From NCBI GenBank assembly GCA_031427655.1, contig JANPNT010000403.1, positions 1-34,203 on the forward strand: a stretch of 34,203 nucleotides of DNA. The letters are read 5' to 3'. The position numbers and the translations under genes are program-made. Origin of the DNA: Burkholderiales bacterium (GTDB lineage: Bacteria > Pseudomonadota > Gammaproteobacteria > Burkholderiales > Burkholderiaceae_C). Under the pieces are notes generated by a model. That model did no database searches. It was given only the letters and a program-made list of their open reading frames with translations, and was not told the DNA's origin. Of the stretch, positions 24,199 through 31,245 are shown in pieces (within the stretch, counting starts at the first letter, position 1; every line of letters starts with the position of its first letter).

Positions 24199-24440
24199 TT
24201 ACCGACGGGGACAGCCATCTCGAAAATCCGATGTCCACGCCGACCCCGCCAGGGCTTCCTCGAAAAGAAGCCTGAAAGCGGTTCAATTCATTCGCCGGCA
24301 TAGCGTGCGCCATATCGGCGGGATTTTGCGGTGACAAGTCGATTGCTCGGGGCTCACGACGCTGAGATGTGCCGTGAATTGGGCCGGAGCGCAGCCTTGG
24401 TGCGGCTGGAAGTCGCATGATGTGAGCCGACAGGCTGTCT

Positions 24441-24530
24441 TGGTGGAAGCGGTGAGATTCGAACTCACGGTGGGGTTACCCCCACGGCAGTTTTCAAGAC
24501 TGCAGCCTTAAACCGCTCGGCCACGCTTCC
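24441..24530 (-). tRNA. tRNA-Ser (anticodon UGA), class II with long variable arm, encoded CCA
   Basis: The reverse complement reads GGAAGCG-TG-GCC-GAGCGGTTTAA-GGC-T-GCAGT-CTTGAAA-ACTGC-(CGTGGGGGTAACCCCACC)-GTGAG-TTCGAAT-CTCAC-CGCTTCC-A-CCA. All four stems pair, and the anticodon loop is CU-UGA-AA. Confidence 0.93.
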
Positions 24531-24576
24531 AACAGCTCGCCATTGTATGGGCGCTGAACAGTTGATTTGAGTGACG

Positions 24577-25398
24577 CTAAAACGGCTTTTGAGCCTGCTC
24601 GCAATTCACCTGAACAATCTCACAGCGGCCGCCGTCTACCCGTGCTGCGCTGAGCTTTCCGCCCCAGACGCAGCCTGTGTCGAGTGCCAACAAATCAGCG
24701 CGCTGCACCAAGCCCAAGGTGGACCAGTGCCCGAAGGCGATGGGCACGCCTTGGGTCAGTCGGCCGGGTGCGTCAAACCATGCGGTGTGACCAAGTGGGG
24801 GCCCTGCACTCGCATCTTTGCTGGCGAACTCCATGGTGCCTTGCGCATCGACAAAACGGATGCGCGTGAACACGTTCACCGCAAAGCGCAAGCGCGCGTT
24901 GCCGGTGAGTGATTCGTCCCACCGCGCGGGTTCGTTGCCGTACATGACCTTCAAAAAGTCGGCCCAGTCAGGACTGCGAAGTTGCTGCTCGACCTCGCGC
25001 GCCAACTGCAAGGTGGTGGACACCGTCCACTGCGGCACCACTCCGGCGTGCACGCACAACCATCCTTCGGCTTGCACTGCCAAAGGCCGATGGCGCAGCC
25101 AGTCGATCAAGGCCTCGCGGTCGGGAGCGTCCAAAATTTCAGCCAACGTATCGCCCTTGGACGGCTTTCGCACACCGTGCGCAGCGGCCAGCAAATGCAA
25201 ATCATGATTGCCGAGCAAGCACGTGGCCGACTCTTGCAAACCGCGCAAGCGCTGCAACGTCGCCAAACTGCGCGGGCCACGGTTGACCAAATCGCCGAGC
25301 ACGGTGAGGTGATCGCGCGAAGGCGAGAACGCCACTTTTTCCAGCAGCGCATCGAGTGCGCTGCAACAGCCTTGAACGTCGCCTATCAGATAGTGCAT
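24577..25398 (-). CDS. apaH: Symmetrical bis(5'-nucleosyl)-tetraphosphatase ApaH
   Basis: 273 aa. MHYLIGDVQGCCSALDALL...LGDLVNRGPRSL...LGNHDLHLL...VHAG...FGHW are the calcineurin-like phosphoesterase motifs, arranged as in ApaH. Confidence 0.92.
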   Translation of the reverse strand: MHYLIGDVQGCCSALDALLEKVAFSPSRDHLTVLGDLVNRGPRSLATLQRLRGLQESATCLLGNHDLHLLAAAHGVRKPSKGDTLAEILDAPDREALIDWLRHRPLAVQAEGWLCVHAGVVPQWTVSTTLQLAREVEQQLRSPDWADFLKVMYGNEPARWDESLTGNARLRFAVNVFTRIRFVDAQGTMEFASKDASAGPPLGHTAWFDAPGRLTQGVPIAFGHWSTLGLVQRADLLALDTGCVWGGKLSAARVDGGRCEIVQVNCEQAQKPF

Positions 25399-25445
25399 GA
25401 CTTGATTCTGCTACGCTGATTGGCTGTTCTTTTGATTCCCTGCGG

Positions 25446-26747
25446 ATGGACGTTGCCCTGCTGATTGCTTTGATCCTTCTCAACGGGCTGTTTGCCATGT
25501 CGGAAATGGCGCTCACCGCCAGTCGCAAAGCACGCTTGCAGGTGATGGTGGAAGCGGGTGATTCAGGTGCGCAAGCGGCAATGGACCTGCACGAAAACCC
25601 GACCAAGTTTTTGTCTACCGTGCAAATTGGCATTACCTCCATCGGGGTGCTGAACGGCATTGTTGGAGACGCCGCTTTTTCGGCACCGTTTGCGGGATGG
25701 TTGACCAAAACCTTCGATCTGCACGACCGCGCAGCCGACCTCACGGCCACAGCGATGGTGGTGGTGACCATCACCTTCTTGACCATCATTTTTGGTGAGC
25801 TGGTGCCCAAACGCGTGGGCCTGATGTTCCCTGAAACCGTGGCGCGCAAAGTCGCGCAGCCGATGAATTGGCTGTCGCTGGTCGCGCGGCCGTTTGTGAA
25901 GTTGCTGTCGTTTTGCACCAATGGCACGCTGGCATTGATGGGCATCAAAGGCGGGCCGTCGCGCAGCGTGACCGAGGAAGAAATAGCGGCCAGTTTGGAA
26001 GAAGGCCTGGACGCCGGAGTGATCGAGGCGCAAGAGCACCAAATGGTGCGCAACGTGTTCCGATTGGACGATCGACAAGTTGGCTCAATGATGATTCCGC
26101 GCGCGGAAATTGTTTGGCTGGAAGCCGGTGCCACGCCTGCCGACATATTGAAAGTCATCAGCGACAAGGAGCACTCGCGCTACCCCGTGTGTCGCAACGG
26201 CTTGAGCGAAGTCGTTGGCCTGGTGTCGGCGCAAAGCTTGTTGCAAGAGTTCATGCAGGGTCGTCCGCTGGACGTGACGGCGCGCTTGGAGCCGCCTGTG
26301 TTTGTGCCTGAAACGCTCTCAGGCATGGAGCTGCTCGATCAGTTCCGCGCGTCTGCGGCGCAGCTGGTATTTGTAGTGGACGAATACGGCGAAGTGCAAG
26401 GCATGATTACTGTGCGCGATGTGCTGGAAGCCATCACCGGCGAATTCACCACGCCCACCGACGAAGATTCTTGGGCAGTGCAGCGTGACAACGGCAGTTG
26501 GTTGCTTGACGGCCTCATTCCCATGCCCGAATTGAAAGACCGACTCGCCCTCAAAGAGTTGCCCGAGGAAGACAAAGGCCGCTACAACACTTTGGCGGGA
26601 ATGGTGATGTTGCTGTTGGGCCGATTGCCTCGCACCACCGACACGGTGGAATGGCAAGGCTGGCGCTTTGAGGTGATCGACATGGATGGCAAACGGGTCG
26701 ACAAAGTGATGGCGTCTGCGTTGTCGGAACACGGCCAAAACATCTAA
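25446..26747 (+). CDS. CNNM/HlyC-CorC family transporter (DUF21, CBS pair, CorC_HlyC domain)
   Basis: 433 aa. LLNGLFAMSEMALTASRKARL...ENPTKFLSTVQIGITSIGVL (DUF21). MIPRAEIVWL and VVDEYGEVQGMITVRDVLEAI (CBS). C-terminal transporter-associated domain. Confidence 0.9.
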   Translation: MDVALLIALILLNGLFAMSEMALTASRKARLQVMVEAGDSGAQAAMDLHENPTKFLSTVQIGITSIGVLNGIVGDAAFSAPFAGWLTKTFDLHDRAADLTATAMVVVTITFLTIIFGELVPKRVGLMFPETVARKVAQPMNWLSLVARPFVKLLSFCTNGTLALMGIKGGPSRSVTEEEIAASLEEGLDAGVIEAQEHQMVRNVFRLDDRQVGSMMIPRAEIVWLEAGATPADILKVISDKEHSRYPVCRNGLSEVVGLVSAQSLLQEFMQGRPLDVTARLEPPVFVPETLSGMELLDQFRASAAQLVFVVDEYGEVQGMITVRDVLEAITGEFTTPTDEDSWAVQRDNGSWLLDGLIPMPELKDRLALKELPEEDKGRYNTLAGMVMLLLGRLPRTTDTVEWQGWRFEVIDMDGKRVDKVMASALSEHGQNI

Positions 26748-26768
26748 CGCGATTGACCTCGGAAACCC

Positions 26769-28184
26769 ATGTCTGCACTCGTGTTTGAGCGCTTTTTGTC
26801 CACGCCCGAGATGCTGGCAGTGTTCAGTGAAACCTCGGTGCTGCAAGCCATGTTGGACGTTGAAGCCGCGCTCGCCCGCGCGCAGGCCGCGCACGAGGTG
26901 ATTCCCAATGCGGCGGCGCAAGTCATCGTGGCTTGCTGCGGTGTCGATCAACTTGATGTGCAGGCCATCGTCAACGCCAGCGGTCGCGCAGGCAGCTTGG
27001 CCATTCCCCTGGTCAAGCACCTCACGGCAGCGGTGGACCGTGTTGATGCAACAGCCGCCGTATTTGTGCACTGGGGCAGCACCAGCCAAGACGTGATCGA
27101 CACCGCAATGAGCTTGCTGTCGCGCCGAGCTTTGGCTTTGATCGACCGCGATTTGAGCAGCTTGATTGGGTCGCTGCTGTTGCTCGCCGACGAACATGCC
27201 CACACGCCGGTGCTGGCGCGCACCTTGATGCAACCGGCGCAAGTGGTGAGCGTGGGCTTCAAGCTGCTGGCGTGGATGGCGCCGCTGCAACGATGCCGTG
27301 AAAGGTTGCAAGCCAGCGCAAAAACCGCCCTGCAACTTCAACTCGGCGGTGCGGTGGGCACGCTGGCTGTGATGGGCGACAAAGGCGCTGCGGTAGCGCA
27401 GCACATGGCCGCCGATTTGCAATTGAATTGGCCCGGAGGCACCTGGCACACGCAGCGCGACGAGGCCGCCACCTTGGCTTGCCAAGTGGGCGTGTTGTGC
27501 GGTGCCTTGGGCAAAGTAGCCAGGGACATTTCACTCATGTCGCAAGCCGAGGTGGGTGAGCTGAATGAGCCCAGCGGCGATGGCAGAGGCGGCTCATCGG
27601 CCATGCCGCACAAACGCAATCCGGTGGCCAGCATGGTGGCCTTGGCCGCAGCGCTGCGCGCGCCGCAGCGCGTGGCTGCGTTGTTGGCTGCGATGGTTCA
27701 AGAGCACGAGCGCGGTTTGGGCAATTGGCAGGCGGAATTGGCCGAAACAGCGGGGCTTTACTTGTCGGCCCACGGTGCGCTGAAGGCGCTGGCCGATGCA
27801 GCGCAACAAGGCTTGGAAGTTCACCCACAGCGCATGCGCGCCAACATTGACGCGCTGAACGGCTTGGTCAGCGCTGAAGCCGCTGCCAAAGTGTTTGCCA
27901 AGCAAATCGGCAAGCCACAAGCGCATGCCTTGCTGGAGACTCTGTCGGCACAAGCAACCGCCAGCGGCCCCCACTTGCGCGAGCTTTGCCTGGCCGTTTT
28001 GCAAAGCGACGACCGACTGCGCAACCAAGTTTCGGTGGCCGACATTGAAACCGCATTCGACGCCGACCTCGCCGCAAAAGCGGCCGTGCGCGCAGCGGCG
28101 CCGCAATTGGCTTCGATGCGCCGGGCGGCCTCATCCACAGAATCCCTCCAATTTCCAGACACCTCCTCCTCGCGTTCGGGCTGA
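26769..28184 (+). CDS. pcaB: 3-carboxy-cis,cis-muconate cycloisomerase
   Basis: 471 aa of the fumarate lyase superfamily. FSETSVLQAMLDVEAALARAQA, HWGSTSQDVIDTA and the signature GSSAMPHKRNP. Followed by the pcaC/pcaD fusion. Confidence 0.88.
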   Translation: MSALVFERFLSTPEMLAVFSETSVLQAMLDVEAALARAQAAHEVIPNAAAQVIVACCGVDQLDVQAIVNASGRAGSLAIPLVKHLTAAVDRVDATAAVFVHWGSTSQDVIDTAMSLLSRRALALIDRDLSSLIGSLLLLADEHAHTPVLARTLMQPAQVVSVGFKLLAWMAPLQRCRERLQASAKTALQLQLGGAVGTLAVMGDKGAAVAQHMAADLQLNWPGGTWHTQRDEAATLACQVGVLCGALGKVARDISLMSQAEVGELNEPSGDGRGGSSAMPHKRNPVASMVALAAALRAPQRVAALLAAMVQEHERGLGNWQAELAETAGLYLSAHGALKALADAAQQGLEVHPQRMRANIDALNGLVSAEAAAKVFAKQIGKPQAHALLETLSAQATASGPHLRELCLAVLQSDDRLRNQVSVADIETAFDADLAAKAAVRAAAPQLASMRRAASSTESLQFPDTSSSRSG

Positions 28185-28258
28185 GCTTGTCGAACCCCTG
28201 CCGCCAAGCAAGCCCCGATCATCCTGAGCCTGTCGAAGGACATGCGCAGTGCGAACGG
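28173..28258. repeat. Cluster of REP-like motif copies at the pcaB 3' end
   Basis: cgttcgggctgagcttgtcgaac (28173-28195, containing the pcaB stop), cctgagcctgtcgaagg (28223-28239) and cagtgcgaacgg (28248-28258). These are reverse and forward halves of the motif seen at 19546-19570 and 10365-10436. Confidence 0.7.
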
Positions 28259-28325
28259 CATTCATCTTGTGTCTCGACTTTCAACGAACTCAAGACCTTC
28301 GAGTACTGAATTAGGAATCAGGCAA

Positions 28326-29546
28326 ATGTCACAACAAGACGACTTTGATCGCGGCATGGTCAACCGGCGCTCGGTGTTGGGCGATGCGTGGGTAGACCAG
28401 TCACTGAACAAAGCCACCGAGTTCAATGCTGAATTCCAAAGCCTCATCACCCGCTTTGCATGGAACGACATTTGGGGCCGCCCGGGCCTGGACCACACCA
28501 CCCGCCGTTTGTTGGTGCTGGGCATGACCATGGGCATGGCGCGCTGGGAAGAATTTGAGCTGCACTGCAAGGCGTCCATTCGCGGGGGCGTGCCGCTGGA
28601 CACCATCAAAGAAGTGTTGATGCAGGGCGCGATTTACTGCGGCGTGCCTGCGGCCAACACCGCTTTCAAAATCACCACCGACATCTTGCGCGCAGAAGGT
28701 TTGTTGCCTGCTGAGCAATCACTCGCCGCCGACGTGCGCGTGTCGACGCACCACACCTTCAGCGAGCCGCAGTTGAAGGTTTGCGTGCAGGGAAACCACA
28801 AAAGCGAGAGCGCGCCGGTTGTGCTCAGCCACGCCTTGGGTTTGAACATGAGCATGTGGGACGACCTGGCTGCCGAACTGGCCCCGTCTCATGAAGTGCT
28901 GCGCTATGACCACCGCGGCCACGGCGGCTCGGCTGTCCCGAGAGGCCCGTATTCGATGGACGATTTGGTGGACGACGCGGCCCGCTTGATCCGCGAATGG
29001 GGCCGTGGCCCGGTGGTGTGGGTGGGCTTGTCGATGGGCGGCATGGTGGGCCAAGGTTTGGCGATCCGCCACCCGGAATTGGTCAGCAAATTGGTACTGG
29101 CCAACACCGCCGCCAAGTACCCCGAAGCTTCACTGGCTGCGTGGGCTCAGCGCATCGCCTGTGTTGAAGCGGGCGGGCTGGAGGCGATTGCCAATACGGT
29201 GATGGAGCGCTACTTTCACGCCGAGTTTCGGGCTGCGCAAACCAACGCAGTGACCGAAGCACGTGCGACGCTGCTGCGCACAAAGGCAGACGGCTACGTG
29301 GCGGCTTGCCACGCGGTGGCAGGCGTGAATTGGCTGGAACGCTTGGCACAAATCCAATGCCCGACTTTGATCCTGGCCGGTGCGCTGGATGTGGGTGCGC
29401 CAGTGGTTTTGTCGGAAGCGATGGCGGCACAAATTGCGGGCTCGAAATTGGTGGTGATGCCGAAGGCGTCGCACTTGAGCGTGATGGAGCAACCGGAAGA
29501 TTTTTCGCGCGAGCTGCGTGCATTTCTAGCAGCCCCTTCCCCCTGA
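28326..29546 (+). CDS. Bifunctional 4-carboxymuconolactone decarboxylase (N-terminal) / 3-oxoadipate enol-lactonase (C-terminal) fusion
   Basis: Within ORF 28242..29546; ATG 28326. The N-terminal 125 aa (RRSVLGDAWVD...FAWNDIWGRPGLDHTTRRLLVLGM...MQGAIYCGVPAA) is a PcaC/CMD domain. The C-terminus (PVVLSHALGLNMSMWD...LRYDHRGHGGS...GLSMGGMVGQ...LANTAA) is a PcaD alpha/beta hydrolase. Confidence 0.88.
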   Translation: MSQQDDFDRGMVNRRSVLGDAWVDQSLNKATEFNAEFQSLITRFAWNDIWGRPGLDHTTRRLLVLGMTMGMARWEEFELHCKASIRGGVPLDTIKEVLMQGAIYCGVPAANTAFKITTDILRAEGLLPAEQSLAADVRVSTHHTFSEPQLKVCVQGNHKSESAPVVLSHALGLNMSMWDDLAAELAPSHEVLRYDHRGHGGSAVPRGPYSMDDLVDDAARLIREWGRGPVVWVGLSMGGMVGQGLAIRHPELVSKLVLANTAAKYPEASLAAWAQRIACVEAGGLEAIANTVMERYFHAEFRAAQTNAVTEARATLLRTKADGYVAACHAVAGVNWLERLAQIQCPTLILAGALDVGAPVVLSEAMAAQIAGSKLVVMPKASHLSVMEQPEDFSRELRAFLAAPSP

Positions 29547-29565
29547 AAGGCAGAAGCAGGCAGTG

Positions 29566-29718
29566 CTGTGTGTCACTCTGATGGCGACTTCAGAAAATCG
29601 ATGGCTTCGCGTGCGGGCCCAACGCAAACCACAGCGATGCCTCACCGCATCGCGAGGATTTGCAACGACAGCGCGCGCCAAGTCAGGGTTTTATCTCGCA
29701 ATGAGAGTGACACACAGG
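29566..29718. mobile_element. MITE-like 153-bp inverted-repeat element (contains copy 2 of the ~100-bp dispersed repeat)
   Basis: ctgtgtgtcactct (29566-29579) is the perfect inverse complement of agagtgacacacag (29705-29718). The ends extend to about 19/23 matching bases. Lies in a convergent intergenic region and encodes no ORF of note. No target-site duplication seen. Confidence 0.55.
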
Positions 29719-29725
29719 ACTAGGA

Positions 29726-31018
29726 CTAGATTGGCGCGGGTTTCAGGGTGGCCCAACAGTCGGCGTAACGCTCATCCAAACGCCCGCACTTCATCGCGAA
29801 CTCAGTCGGCAAAAACCGCCACCGGCTCTCGAACATGAAAGCCAAGGTGTCGGTTAATTTGTGCGGCGACAGCTCAGCGCTTGAGGCACGCGTGAACGCG
29901 TCAGCATCCGGGCCGTGCGGCACCATGCAGTTGTGCAGGCTGATGCCTCCCGGCTTGAAGCCCTCGGGTTTGGCGTCGTACTGGCCGTGCACCAAGCCCA
30001 TGAATTCGCTCATCACATTGCGGTGATACCAAGGCGGGCGGAAGGTGTTTTCTGCCACCAACCAGCGCGGCGGGAAGATGACGAAATCGCAATTGGCCAC
30101 ACCCATCGTGTCGCTGGGCGAAGTCAACACCGTGAAGATGCTCGGGTCAGGATGGTCGAAGCTGATCGAGCCAATGGCCATGAAATTGGCGGTGTCGTAC
30201 TTCAGGGGCACCAAATTGCCGTGCCAAGCGACCACATTGAACGGTGAGGCTTTGGCAGCGGCGAACCACAAGCTGCCGCCGTACTTTTTGACGATCTCCC
30301 AGGGCGCATCAAGCTCGCGCGAAAACGCGGCAACCGGTGCCAAAAAATCGCGTGCGTTCGCCAAGCCGTTGCTGCCGATGGGCCCGAGTTCGGGCAAGCG
30401 GAAATGCGCACCGTAGTTTTCGCACACATAACCACGCGATGCCTGTATGACCTGAACTTGAAACGCCATGCCGCGCGGCAGCAAAGCAATCTCGCCGGGA
30501 GCCACTTCCAACACGCCCAATTCGGTGACCAACACCAGCGCGCCTTGCTGCGGCACGATCAACATTTCGGCGTCCGCATTGACGAAAGCGCGCTGCGTCA
30601 TCGAGCGGTTGGCCAGGTACACGTGCGCGGCCACGCCACTTTGCGCATCGGCGTCACCGTTGAGCACCATGGTGCGCATGCCGTCGACAAAGTCCAACGG
30701 CTGCTCGCCCACTTCAGGCACGGGCAGCGCGGCCCAGCGCATGGGATCGGGAGGTGCGGTCACACCGTCCTTCGCGCCCGATTTCCAGAAGCGTTGCGCA
30801 AATGACGAGTAGCCGCCCGCCATCACGGAAGGTGCACGCCGGTACAACCAAGTGCGCCGGTTGTCGGCGCGCGGTGCGGTGAACGCGGTGCCACTCAGCA
30901 GCTCGGCATACAGGCCGTGCGCCACGGCTTGCGGGCTGTTGCGGCCCATGGGCAAGGCACCTGCCACCGCTTCGCTCGCGAATTCGTTGCCGAAGCCCGG
31001 TTGATACTTGAGGCTCAT
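29726..31018 (-). CDS. hmgA: Homogentisate 1,2-dioxygenase
   Basis: 430 aa. MSLKYQPGFGNEFASEAVAGALPMGRNSPQ...YAELLSGTAFTAPR...WLYR...FRPPWYHRN..SEFMGL are canonical HmgA. The ATG overlaps the upstream stop (ATGA at 31015-31018). Confidence 0.95.
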   Translation of the reverse strand: MSLKYQPGFGNEFASEAVAGALPMGRNSPQAVAHGLYAELLSGTAFTAPRADNRRTWLYRRAPSVMAGGYSSFAQRFWKSGAKDGVTAPPDPMRWAALPVPEVGEQPLDFVDGMRTMVLNGDADAQSGVAAHVYLANRSMTQRAFVNADAEMLIVPQQGALVLVTELGVLEVAPGEIALLPRGMAFQVQVIQASRGYVCENYGAHFRLPELGPIGSNGLANARDFLAPVAAFSRELDAPWEIVKKYGGSLWFAAAKASPFNVVAWHGNLVPLKYDTANFMAIGSISFDHPDPSIFTVLTSPSDTMGVANCDFVIFPPRWLVAENTFRPPWYHRNVMSEFMGLVHGQYDAKPEGFKPGGISLHNCMVPHGPDADAFTRASSAELSPHKLTDTLAFMFESRWRFLPTEFAMKCGRLDERYADCWATLKPAPI

Positions 31019-31245
31019 GATTGATGCGCGTCCATGTGCCCACTCAGCGTGGCTTCACGCGCCGCATACAAGGCCTGCACCAGCACGCTCTGGTTGCCAA
31101 TGTGATTGGCCAACAGCAGTATCAATTTGGCGTTCATGGCGTGGCTTTGCTCGGGCAACAAATCTCGGTGCGCGTGGATCAGCGCTTCGTAAAAATCGTC
31201 GGCCGAGTCAAGATTCGGCTCGGTGTTCAAAACTTGTTTCAGCAT
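31015..31245 (-). CDS. DUF2783 domain-containing small protein (76 aa)
   Basis: C-terminal part of ORF 31015..31515. ATG 31245-31243 overlaps the monooxygenase stop by 7 nt (ATGCTGA). LDSADDFYEALIHAHRDLLPEQSHAMNAKLILLLANHIG resembles DUF2783. Confidence 0.8.
   Translation of the reverse strand: MLKQVLNTEPNLDSADDFYEALIHAHRDLLPEQSHAMNAKLILLLANHIGNQSVLVQALYAAREATLSGHMDAHQS

Noticed and set aside
23458-24440. Integrated prophage or genomic island at tRNA-Ser
   Set aside because: No integrase, no phage or transposase-like ORF, no direct repeat of the tRNA 3' end found within the window, and no obvious compositional shift. Only the weaker idea of a possible decayed remnant is retained.
26319-27485. 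388-aa minus-strand ORF opposite the CNNM 3' end and pcaB. Similar shadows occur at 9478..10257(-), 15609..16322(-), 16359..17360(-), 17585..18478(-), 18819..19526(+), 20607..21353(+), 22744..23361(+), 31281..32291(+) and 32915..33931(+)
   Set aside because: All are antisense to ORFs with clear family signatures, and their own translations are compositionally aberrant (R/A/G/H/Q rich) with no motifs.
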